From contig OZ025669.1 in the NCBI GenBank assembly GCA_964019335.1, positions 1-64,000 of the forward strand: 64,000 nt of DNA, given 5' to 3'. Under the pieces are notes generated by a model. That model did no database searches, was not told the origin of the DNA, and was given only the letters and a program-made list of their open reading frames with translations. The DNA comes from Diplonema japonicum (Eukaryota > Protista > Euglenozoa: Diplonemea). Shown here piece after piece: positions 34,201 through 46,200 of the stretch. Made by a program: the position numbers and the translations under genes. Position 1 is the first letter of the stretch; every line of letters starts with the position of its first letter.

Positions 34201-37200
34201 TGCCTCGGCGAGTCAGAGCTAGCATCGACATCATCGGATTTTGCTGCAACCTCAAGCTTAGAGATCTTCTCAGCAATGTCGCGCATTTCATTCGACACCT
34301 CGTCTTCGTCGTTCTTGCTTGCAGGCTGTACGGGAGTCGAAGTCTTGGGAGTCTTGGACTCTGCAGCATCCACAGCAGGCACTTCGCGTTCCGGAGCGGA
34401 TTGAAGTATCCTCAGCTTTTCTTTCAGTTCCTCCAACTCCTGTGCCTTTTCATCCTTGCGGTCCTCCTCCACCTGCCTCGGCGAGTCAGAGCTAGCATCG
34501 ACATCATCGGATTTTGCTGCAACCTCAAGCTTAGAGATCTTCTCAGCAATGTCGCGCATTTCATTCGACACCTCGTCTTCGTCGTTCTTGCTTGCAGGCT
34601 GTACGGGAGTCGAAGTCTTGGGAGTCTTGGACTCTGCAGCATCCACAGCAGGCACTTCGCGTTCCGGAGCGGATTGAAGTATCCTCAGCTTTTCTTTCAG
34701 TTCCTCCAACTCCTGTGCCTTTTCATCCTTGCGGTCCTCCTCCACCTGCCTCGGCGAGTCAGAGCTAGCATCGACATCATCGGATTTTGCTGCAACCTCA
34801 AGCTTAGAGATCTTCTCAGCAATGTCGCGCATTTCATTCGACACCTCGTCTTCGTCGTTCTTGCTTGCAGGCTGTACGGGAGTCGAAGTCTTGGGAGTCT
34901 TGGACTCTTCAGCATCCACAGCAGGCACTTCGCGTTCCGGAGCGGATTGAAGTATCCTCAGCTTTTCTTTCAGTTCCTCCAACTCCTGTGCCTTTTCATC
35001 CTTGCGGTCCTCCTCCACCTGCCTCGGCGAGTCAGAGCTAGCATCGACATCATCGGATTTTGCTGCAACCTCAAGCTTAGAGATCTTCTCAGCAATGTCG
35101 CGCATTTCATTCGACACCTCGTCTTCGTCGTTCTTGCTTGCAGGCTGTACGGGAGTCGAAGTCTTGGGAGTCTTGGGAGTCTTGGACTCTGCAGCATCCA
35201 CAGCAGGCACTTCGCGTTCCGGAGCGGATTGAAGTATCCTCAGCTTTTCTTTCAGTTCCTCCAACTCCTGTGCCTTTTCATCCTTGCGGTCCTCCTCCAC
35301 CTGCCTCGGCGAGTCAGAGCTAGCATCGACATCATCGGATTTTGCTGCAACCTCAAGCTTAGAGATCTTCTCAGCAATGTCGCGCATTTCATTCGACACC
35401 TCGTCTTCGTCGTTCTTGCTTGCAGGCTGTACGGGAGTCGAAGTCTTGGGAGTCTTGGACTCTGCAGCATCCACAGCAGGCACTTCGCGTTCCGGAGCGG
35501 ATTGAAGTATCCTCAGCTTTTCTTTCAGTTCCTCCAACTCCTGTGCCTTTTCATCCTTGCGGTCCTCCTCCACCTGCCTCGGCGAGTCAGAGCTAGCATC
35601 GACATCATCGGATTTTGCTGCAACCTCAAGCTTAGAGATCTTCTCAGCAATGTCGCGCATTTCATTCGACACCTCGTCTTCGTCGTTCTTGCTTGCAGGC
35701 TGTACGGGAGTCGAAGTCTTGGGAGTCTTGGACTCTGCAGCATCCACAGCAGGCACTTCGCGTTCCGGAGCGGATTGAAGTATCCTCAGCTTTTCTTTCA
35801 GTTCCTCCAACTCCTGTGCCTTTTCATCCTTGCGGTCCTCCTCCACCTGCCTCGGCGAGTCAGAGCTAGCATCGACATCATCGGATTTTGCTGCAACCTC
35901 AAGCTTAGAGATCTTCTCAGCAATGTCGCGCATTTCATTCGACACCTCGTCTTCGTCGTTCTTGCTTGCAGGCTGTACGGGAGTCGAAGTCTTGGGAGTC
36001 TTGGGAGTCTTGGACTCTGCAGCATCCACAGCAGGCACTTCGCGTTCCGGAGCGGATTGAAGTATCCTCAGCTTTTCTTTCAGTTCCTCCAACTCCTGTG
36101 CCTTTTCATCCTTGCGGTCCTCCTCCACCTGCCTCGGCGAGTCAGAGCTAGCATCGACATCATCGGATTTTGCTGCAACCTCAAGCTTAGAGATCTTCTC
36201 AGCAATGTCGCGCATTTCATTCGACACCTCGTCTTCGTCGTTCTTGCTTGCAGGCTGTACGGGAGTCGAAGTCTTGGGAGTCTTGGGAGTCTTGGACTCT
36301 GCAGCATCCACAGCAGGCACTTCGCGTTCCGGAGCGGATTGAAGTATCCTCAGCTTTTCTTTCAGTTCCTCCAACTCCTGTGCCTTTTCATCCTTGCGGT
36401 CCTCCTCCACCTGCCTCGGCGAGTCAGAGCTAGCATCGACATCATCGGATTTTGCTGCAACCTCAAGCTTAGAGATCTTCTCAGCAATGTCGCGCATTTC
36501 ATTCGACACCTCGTCTTCGTCGTTCTTGCTTGCAGGCTGTACGGGAGTCGAAGTCTTGGGAGTCTTGGGAGTCTTGGACTCTGCAGCATCCACAGCAGGC
36601 ACTTCGCGTTCCGGAGCGGATTGAAGTATCCTCAGCTTTTCTTTCAGTTCCTCCAACTCCTGTGCCTTTTCATCCTTGCGGTCCTCCTCCACCTGCCTCG
36701 GCGAGTCAGAGCTAGCATCGACATCATCGGATTTTGCTGCAACCTCAAGCTTAGAGATCTTCTCAGCAATGTCGCGCATTTCATTCGACACCTCGTCTTC
36801 GTCGTTCTTGCTTGCAGGCTGTACGGGAGTCGAAGTCTTGGGAGTCTTGGACTCTTCAGCATCCACAGCAGGCACTTCGCGTTCCGGAGCGGATTGAAGT
36901 ATCCTCAGCTTTTCTTTCAGTTCCTCCAACTCCTGTGCCTTTTCATCCTTGCGGTCCTCCTCCACCTGCCTCGGCGAGTCAGAGCTAGCATCGACATCAT
37001 CGGATTTTGCTGCAACCTCAAGCTTAGAGATCTTCTCAGCAATGTCGCGCATTTCATTCGACACCTCGTCTTCGTCGTTCTTGCTTGCAGGCTGTACGGG
37101 AGTCGAAGTCTTGGGAGTCTTGGACTCTGCAGCATCCACAGCAGGCACTTCGCGTTCCGGAGCGGATTGAAGTATCCTCAGCTTTTCTTTCAGTTCCTCC

Positions 37201-40200
37201 AACTCCTGTGCCTTTTCATCCTTGCGGTCCTCCTCCACCTGCCTCGGCGAGTCAGAGCTAGCATCGACATCATCGGATTTTGCTGCAACCTCAAGCTTAG
37301 AGATCTTCTCAGCAATGTCGCGCATTTCATTCGACACCTCGTCTTCGTCGTTCTTGCTTGCAGGCTGTACGGGAGTCGAAGTCTTGGGAGTCTTGGACTC
37401 TGCAGCATCCACAGCAGGCACTTCGCGTTCCGGAGCGGATTGAAGTATCCTCAGCTTTTCTTTCAGTTCCTCCAACTCCTGTGCCTTTTCATCCTTGCGG
37501 TCCTCCTCCACCTGCCTCGGCGAGTCAGAGCTAGCATCGACATCATCGGATTTTGCTGCAACCTCAAGCTTAGAGATCTTCTCAGCAATGTCGCGCATTT
37601 CATTCGACACCTCGTCTTCGTCGTTCTTGCTTGCAGGCTGTACGGGAGTCGAAGTCTTGGGAGTCTTGGACTCTGCAGCATCCACAGCAGGCACTTCGCG
37701 TTCCGGAGCGGATTGAAGTATCCTCAGCTTTTCTTTCAGTTCCTCCAACTCCTGTGCCTTTTCATCCTTGCGGTCCTCCTCCACCTGCCTCGGCGAGTCA
37801 GAGCTAGCATCGACATCATCGGATTTTGCTGCAACCTCAAGCTTAGAGATCTTCTCAGCAATGTCGCGCATTTCATTCGACACCTCGTCTTCGTCGTTCT
37901 TGCTTGCAGGCTGTACGGGAGTCGAAGTCTTGGGAGTCTTGGACTCTTCAGCATCCACAGCAGGCACTTCGCGTTCCGGAGCGGATTGAAGTATCCTCAG
38001 CTTTTCTTTCAGTTCCTCCAACTCCTGTGCCTTTTCATCCTTGCGGTCCTCCTCCACCTGCCTCGGCGAGTCAGAGCTAGCATCGACATCATCGGATTTT
38101 GCTGCAACCTCAAGCTTAGAGATCTTCTCAGCAATGTCGCGCATTTCATTCGACACCTCGTCTTCGTCGTTCTTGCTTGCAGGCTGTACGGGAGTCGAAG
38201 TCTTGGGAGTCTTGGGAGTCTTGGACTCTGCAGCATCCACAGCAGGCACTTCGCGTTCCGGAGCGGATTGAAGTATCCTCAGCTTTTCTTTCAGTTCCTC
38301 CAACTCCTGTGCCTTTTCATCCTTGCGGTCCTCCTCCACCTGCCTCGGCGAGTCAGAGCTAGCATCGACATCATCGGATTTTGCTGCAACCTCAAGCTTA
38401 GAGATCTTCTCAGCAATGTCGCGCATTTCATTCGACACCTCGTCTTCGTCGTTCTTGCTTGCAGGCTGTACGGGAGTCGAAGTCTTGGGAGTCTTGGGAG
38501 TCTTGGACTCTGCAGCATCCACAGCAGGCACTTCGCGTTCCGGAGCGGATTGAAGTATCCTCAGCTTTTCTTTCAGTTCCTCCAACTCCTGTGCCTTTTC
38601 ATCCTTGCGGTCCTCCTCCACCTGCCTCGGCGAGTCAGAGCTAGCATCGACATCATCGGATTTTGCTGCAACCTCAAGCTTAGAGATCTTCTCAGCAATG
38701 TCGCGCATTTCATTCGACACCTCGTCTTCGTCGTTCTTGCTTGCAGGCTGTACGGGAGTCGAAGTCTTGGGAGTCTTGGGAGTCTTGGACTCTGCAGCAT
38801 CCACAGCAGGCACTTCGCGTTCCGGAGCGGATTGAAGTATCCTCAGCTTTTCTTTCAGTTCCTCCAACTCCTGTGCCTTTTCATCCTTGCGGTCCTCCTC
38901 CACCTGCCTCGGCGAGTCAGAGCTAGCATCGACATCATCGGATTTTGCTGCAACCTCAAGCTTAGAGATCTTCTCAGCAATGTCGCGCATTTCATTCGAC
39001 ACCTCGTCTTCGTCGTTCTTGCTTGCAGGCTGTACGGGAGTCGAAGTCTTGGGAGTCTTGGACTCTGCAGCATCCACAGCAGGCACTTCGCGTTCCGGAG
39101 CGGATTGAAGTATCCTCAGCTTTTCTTTCAGTTCCTCCAACTCCTGTGCCTTTTCATCCTTGCGGTCCTCCTCCACCTGCCTCGGCGAGTCAGAGCTAGC
39201 ATCGACATCATCGGATTTTGCTGCAACCTCAAGCTTAGAGATCTTCTCAGCAATGTCGCGCATTTCATTCGACACCTCGTCTTCGTCGTTCTTGCTTGCA
39301 GGCTGTACGGGAGTCGAAGTCTTGGGAGTCTTGGACTCTGCAGCATCCACAGCAGGCACTTCGCGTTCCGGAGCGGATTGAAGTATCCTCAGCTTTTCTT
39401 TCAGTTCCTCCAACTCCTGTGCCTTTTCATCCTTGCGGTCCTCCTCCACCTGCCTCGGCGAGTCAGAGCTAGCATCGACATCATCGGATTTTGCTGCAAC
39501 CTCAAGCTTAGAGATCTTCTCAGCAATGTCGCGCATTTCATTCGACACCTCGTCTTCGTCGTTCTTGCTTGCAGGCTGTACGGGAGTCGAAGTCTTGGGA
39601 GTCTTGGGAGTCTTGGACTCTGCAGCATCCACAGCAGGCACTTCGCGTTCCGGAGCGGATTGAAGTATCCTCAGCTTTTCTTTCAGTTCCTCCAACTCCT
39701 GTGCCTTTTCATCCTTGCGGTCCTCCTCCACCTGCCTCGGCGAGTCAGAGCTAGCATCGACATCATCGGATTTTGCTGCAACCTCAAGCTTAGAGATCTT
39801 CTCAGCAATGTCGCGCATTTCATTCGACACCTCGTCTTCGTCATTCTTGCCTGTGGACAAATCGGTAAGTTGGAAAAGTGCATCTTTTTCATCAAGAAGC
39901 TGTCGATTAACTTGAAACAAAGAGATGCGATCTTCATCCAAGGCGTCGTGGGTTGCGACAGATGTAGAAGAAGAAGAAAGATGCTGATGAGCATTCGAAA
40001 AAGTGAACATGTGTTCATGTAATTGTTGCTTTAAAGTAGTCGCCCATTGGGGTTCGGAGGAAAACTGATCAAGAATCTGTTTAGGCACTGTTGCTAAAGT
40101 AGGGTCGGGTTGTATAGGAGTTTGAGTTGAAGTGGATGGAGAACGATTCTGTTTGGAGAGTGAATGAAGGGCTTGCTCATGGTGATTAAGTACTACAGTT

Positions 40201-43200
40201 GGTGTAAGGTGGCTTACAGAAGCAGTGTTTAGAGGTCTTGCAGGTTGCGAGAGCTGGTGGCTACTAGTGCAAAGTGGAAATGCTGGTATGTCAGATACCT
40301 CAGTACTGTTGAAGGCATGGTCGGAATTTGAAGAAGCTTCTGGTGATTCTTCGTATGGATCGTGTGACTCTTGAACAACACGCTGAATGTGCTCTGTAGG
40401 GATAGTCACCTCACTAGTTGCATCAGTGGTATCTGCTGCCTCTTGACCGTGCGACGCGGCCGCATAAACACTATGATCAGGATGTCCGGAAGTAACAGAG
40501 GACGGTGATGCATGAAGTGCAGTAGTCATTTTACCGGCAGATGCTCCCCTGCTGAAAAGAACAGATGCAACAGTCGAGCTGCCAACTGTTCGTGTGCCTT
40601 CAGGATCCGATGCACTAAATTGTGTGCTGTTCGGATCGTATTGCTCATGAGCTGTCACATGAGAGGTTACTTTCCCAGAATGCAAGAGGTGCTCCGAAGG
40701 AGTGAGTGCAGAAGTCAAGCGGAGCAGTTCTTCTTTTTCGTCCAGCAACAAAGTAGTTGCTTTTGTAAATGAGACAATGTCGCCGTCGAGCGCCGACGAC
40801 GCAGATGACGAAGCAGAGTTTGTGGAAGGACTGCCCTTCTGCTTGATATCATTTCCCTGGAGACTAGAAACTGCCTTGGAGAGTGACTGAAGCTGCGTAA
40901 GTATTTCTGTAAGTTGCTCAGATTGCTTAGGCTGACCTTGTGGTAATACTTCGCGCACCGGCACCCGGGTTTCCAGATGAGTCTTACTAGAGTGGCATGG
41001 TGTGGTGTGCTCGGTCATCAGTCGGAAGGGACTGCAGTCCGACGACTGGTGGGGTGGTGTCTCCTGGCCTTTTTCCTTGACAATGTGAGTTTCAGCAATC
41101 AGGTTCTCAGCGGGGTTCTTTGAGAACGGCTGGGAACCTGCTGCGCCAGGACTGCTTTGCGGATGAGGTAGAATAAGAGGTGTAGTAAAGTTGCCTGTGG
41201 CCTTAGTAACTAGCTGCTCCTGATGCGTCCACAGTGGCACCTCAACGCGGTCTCCAGACAAGATGCCAGACACCTTTTCCTGGTGCGCAGACGCCAGTGC
41301 AGCCAAAGGCGAGGTAGCCCTGCTTGCTTCTGAGCAGGAAGATGATGGTGTTTTAATGACAGCCAATTCCTGAAGGTGTTTCGAAAGCTCCATTCGTACT
41401 AAATGGGGAACATCTGGTACTGAGAGCATCTTCTCAAGATGTTCTTTCTGGATGTTCTTTTCAGTAGCATCCTGCAGAAGTGTTTGGTAGTCGTCTAGTG
41501 CTTGCCTTATCTCAGGTGACAAAGCCATCAAAGAGTTGGGACCTATGTTGGGCGTCGCTGAGTACGAAGGTGTCATGATGATGCGTTGCAGCTCCACCTG
41601 ATGGTCCTCCAGCTGTTCCTTTACTGCTTCTGGAAGCTCGTGCTGCGACTCCAAGAGCTTAGCGACCCTCTCCTGTTGAGCTGCGAGAGATGAGATTACT
41701 TCAATGACCTCCGCCTCTACCTTGTCGTCAGTGCTTTGGGAAACAAGCTGTGCCGGTTGCGAAGGCTGGGGTTGGGGCGGGGGCGGGGACTTCATTTGTT
41801 TCTGGATCAGCAACCTCAGATCTCTTATCTGGTCATTGATCTGTTTCGTCTGCTGGTCATGAGGTGGCGACACCATGCAAATGAAAGGCTGTGTAGAAGC
41901 AACGGGATGCTGTGGGGGCTTTCTCTGAGCTTGTGGCTCATCGTCGCTTTCGCTACAATCGGCTGCCATGCGTTGCATCTCTGCAAGAGAGCCCTCGGAG
42001 CCTGCCTCAGGGAGGTCGTGTGTAGGGGGGACTGCCCATACAGAAGAACTTGACAACGACCCATCGCCGTTTTCTTCTGGATTGACTGCAGTGTCTTGCT
42101 GCGGCGCATTATCAATTTCCTGATGCTCCTCAGCAGGAGTGCTCCTAACGGAAGAGTCGGAAGAGACAGTGTTTTCCACTTGTAAAACGGGCTCAGTGGG
42201 TTGTGCCCCAGCATCTTTAGATGTGCTCTGAGAGGTAGGATTATGCTCTGCATGATCAATTGAGAGAGCTTTGCTGGGTGTATGCCCTATTTCAATGCCA
42301 CGGGGGACTGCAATCTGCCTCTCTTCAGAATGCAAAACTACCTCGGGAAACACTGCTTCACTCACTGCAGGTGTCTTGCCGGCTTCTTGTTGTAGACTTA
42401 ATAGCTCCCGTTCTGTCTCTTCTTTGAGTCTGGAAGCCTCTTCGAGAGCCTGCTTTTCTTGCAGTAAAGCGTCTTCGGAAACCTCTTTTGTGCTTTCGCT
42501 CTCCATAGACTCCCCGTCAGTGTCGCCAACCCAGCCGAGCTCCTCAAGCACCTTGAGAGTTTCCGGCATGGCAATGCCCTCTGCGACGAGCTCTCTGAAC
42601 CTCTTTTGAAGATTTTCGCTGCTAGCACCGCTAAACAGCAAGCTGAGGATCACGCTACCTGGCGAAGAGTCCACGATGCTGATGGTACCTGGGGGCGTCG
42701 GAAGCGCTTCAGATATGTCACTGAGAACTGCGTTGTGTAGTTTCTGGCGTTGTGCTTCCGAGAGAGAGCAGTAAAAAGGATAGCTCACACCTGCAGGCAG
42801 AGTGAGCATTGATATAGATGCCGCCTGCTTTGGATTCAGCATTTCTCTGAAACCCTGAAGCTGTGTCTGCTGTGCCTGTACTTGCTCTGCAAGGTGCAGC
42901 AAAACGGCTCTAATACCATCATCAGTACTGTGAGAGCGGTTAGACCTTTCAAACGTTTTGTCGTCCCTTGGCGTCCTGTCATCACGCGGTGTCGCCCTGT
43001 CACTTCGGGGTGTTGTCTTCAGTAGTGATGGCTTGCTGACTATCTCACGCAGAGTTTGCTCATGGCTCTCCAGTTGCTCGCGCAATGTCTGCGGTAGGTT
43101 CTCATTCTTTTCCAGTAGGTCCCCCACTCTTGCCTGCTGCTCGTACAGCTGCTTTATTACCTCTATAACCTCATCCTCCTTAGGCTCCTTGTCGTCTCGA

Positions 43201-46200
43201 TTTGCAGGGTCCGAGCTCTTGTCTAACTGGCCTGCTATGTTGTCCAGCGCTTCCATATGCTCATGTAGCTGCTGCTTCGTGTCGTCGTTAAGCGTACTAT
43301 CCAGCATTGTGTACACACTCCCACGGTGTTCTAACAACTGTGCTGCGATGGTGTCTCTCTCCTGCGTCACTACCTTTGTGGGTGGTGCCTTCAGTTTATT
43401 CACGCAGATGCGCAGCTCTTCCAAATCATCCAACTCGGCTGTGCTTGACTCAGTGCCATAGTGTCTTGACGTTGCCCGCCCAGACTCAAGCTCCCAGTCG
43501 CGGCGTAGTGACTCTATCTGCTGCTTCAAGAGGTCGTTGCTCTTTTCCCCAGATTCCTTCATTTCCTTCTGAAGCTTCAGCAACTGTTGGAGTTGTTCGT
43601 TTAAACTACCATCAACAAGAAGTGAGGGAACTCTGGGGAGTTCAGGACTACCACCATTGCGCCCCGGGCTCCCCATTTTCCAAGAGTCTGCCCGTTCTCC
43701 CACACGTCTCGGGGTATCCCACGCACTTGAAACTGGACTGGCCGCATCCTCAAAGGTCAACGACGAAGCTGTAGGTGATGCTGGCAGTGCAATGGCTTCT
43801 GCTCGCGCAAGGCGCACAGCAGCTGCCGACGGTGGCGAACGTCGTACAGCAGCTCTTGTGTGAGACGGCGTACCAAAACTTACCTTCCTCACATACGCCC
43901 TGCCGGTGTCAGGCGGAGACTCTGTTCCACCTATTGGTCGACTCTTCTGATACTTGCGCTGCTCGTGCAGGATAGAATCCACGCCCGAGTGGTGTTTCTT
44001 AAGATCTGAGTACATGGGGTCCGGGTCCAACGAGAGCAGGGGGAACGTGCAATTAAATGAATCATTATCTTCCGTTTGCTGCTGTCCAGCAACCTTGAGA
44101 AGGCACTGGTAAGCCTCAGCACGTGAGCGAGTTTCTTCATCGAGCGCAGGAGTGGCCAACACTTCAGATACGCGTTTCATTTGATGAACGAGAGCTTCCT
44201 CTGGATCTAGATGCGACTGCAGTGCTGCCCGGTGAGGCTCTAACTTTGCACGCAATTCCTTCGGGCAGTCAGGTAGAGCCATTATCTTTCCAACAGCGCG
44301 TTCACGTTCAGCAACCTCGGCAGTCACTAAAGTAAGCACAGGCAATTGCTGCAAGCAACCTTTCAGACAGACGACATAGTCACTGACCTGGCTTTGTGCT
44401 TCATGAGGTAGATCCTCCTGATCGACTTCAAGGAACTGGTCCACTATCTCAATCTGCTTCAAACTGATAAGATCATCGTTTGCTTCATGTAGGCAACGCA
44501 GATGTTCATTTAGCATTACGTGTAGCATGTCAGGAGCATTTTGGATCATGCGGACTACAGCTTCTATCCTTTCCGGGAGGATGCTACTTAACCTGTCCGA
44601 ACATGGTGCTGGACTGCCACCTGTCAGTGTTTCTGCTCTTCTTAACCTCTCATTCTTCCCTTGCTTTGGGCTTCCCAACGATCGTAGTATCTTTATATGT
44701 TCCTCTAAATCAAAAAGCTCTGCTTGCGGCAAGGCTTCTAGCTTGTCAGCTTCAGACAACAACTTGGCGGCAACAGATATGATGTCAGTAGGCGCTTTCA
44801 CATTCGCTCGTTCGGTGCCTAGCAGCCGGCGGTGGGCCTCCAAGGCGTGCAGCTTCTGCTCCGATAGCGTCCCGTGCCTATTCAGGATGTCCTCCATTTG
44901 CGATATCGATGCCACCATCTGCGTCAAGTTGTCCAACTGCGGAACTAGCTGCAGCACGTCGTTCATATTAGTTGTTCCAGTGCTTGTCAAGAGGTTCTTT
45001 TCCAACACTTTCAGCTGTCGCTCCTTGTGGCACAAGTCCTCTAGATGCAATTTAGAGAGCTGGGACAGGCCTTCAGAGATGTTCTTCAATACTGTACGTA
45101 GTGTCCTGAAGTCAAACCTCTGCCGTTCACTGATGCTGCTAAAGTCTTCCAAAGAAGCAATGCATGACGCAATTACTTCTACTCTCCTTGGCGTGTAGCA
45201 GTTGTGCAAGTCGAACATTTGCCGGCGAAGCTTGAACACAGAGTCGCGAAGCTCGGGATCCTCTATTTCAGTAAGCACATCGGTAAGGACGCGCATCTCT
45301 TGCCACAGCAAGATCCTTGCCTCATTGCCTATTGCTTTGCACGCAAGCCGCTTTGTTTCTCCCTCTGCAACTGATACGGCGCCATGAAGGGCTGCTTTGT
45401 GCTGCGCAAGGTGCTCCTCTAGGTAGGATAGCATCGTAGTGTTCAACTCAGGGAGTGCCCTTCGCAATTTTTTTGTCGCCTCGTTTAATGATGCTGATGG
45501 CTCCCCTTCCAGCCCTTCCAAAAAGGTAAGATGTGTGAACACTGTGTTTAGCTCAGGTCGCTGCGTGCTTAGGCTCTTGGCCAACGCCGCAACTTTCTGT
45601 TGCAAGTGCTCTTCAGGAACTGAATTCAATGCATCGCTATACTGCTGCAGCATATCTGTTAAAGCTGGTTCAGTACCTACCAACATAGCCTGCAAAGCTT
45701 CATAATGTTCTCGAAGCTTTTGCTGTATCTTTTGTGGCACATGTTCGTCGTTCGCTAAGGAAGAAAGCTCTGCTACCATGTAGTACAACGACGACAGCTT
45801 ATCAGTGTGCCGCGACGACTCGCTGTCCTCACTGGGTGACCTTGCGAGCTGTTTGTCAATGCCTTTCTTCAACTGACTAGGCAGGCACTCATGGCATGCC
45901 AGCAAAGAAGCCAAACTCCTGTTACTACCGCTCAGTAGCAGTGTGTCAACCGTATCCTCAAACACCTTAATGTCCTCAATGTCGATGTCGGTTACGGCTA
46001 TCTTCTCTAGGTGATGTTGCAACGAGGTCTGCGCTGACCGCAGCTGCTCCTTAGCCCCATCAGCCACCTCTCTACTAAGGATGTCGTCGATCTCGTCCTG
46101 TTGCTTTTTCAAGTCATCGACCAGCTTCAGAGTCTCGGGAGTCTTCGCTTTCACCTCCAGCTTGCACAGAGACTCAATGATCGCTTTCTGTTGTGCCTTG

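Noticed and set aside
19881-39850. CRISPR-like or non-coding satellite interpretation
   Set aside because: No unique spacers; units are multiples of 3 and lie in frame within a long ORF with unique coding flanks.
19899-40022. 6707-aa hydrophobic + strand ORF
   Set aside because: Antisense shadow: one stop-free unit repeated, codon-aligned with the Glu/Lys-rich sense frame, GTG start, and almost coextensive with the array.
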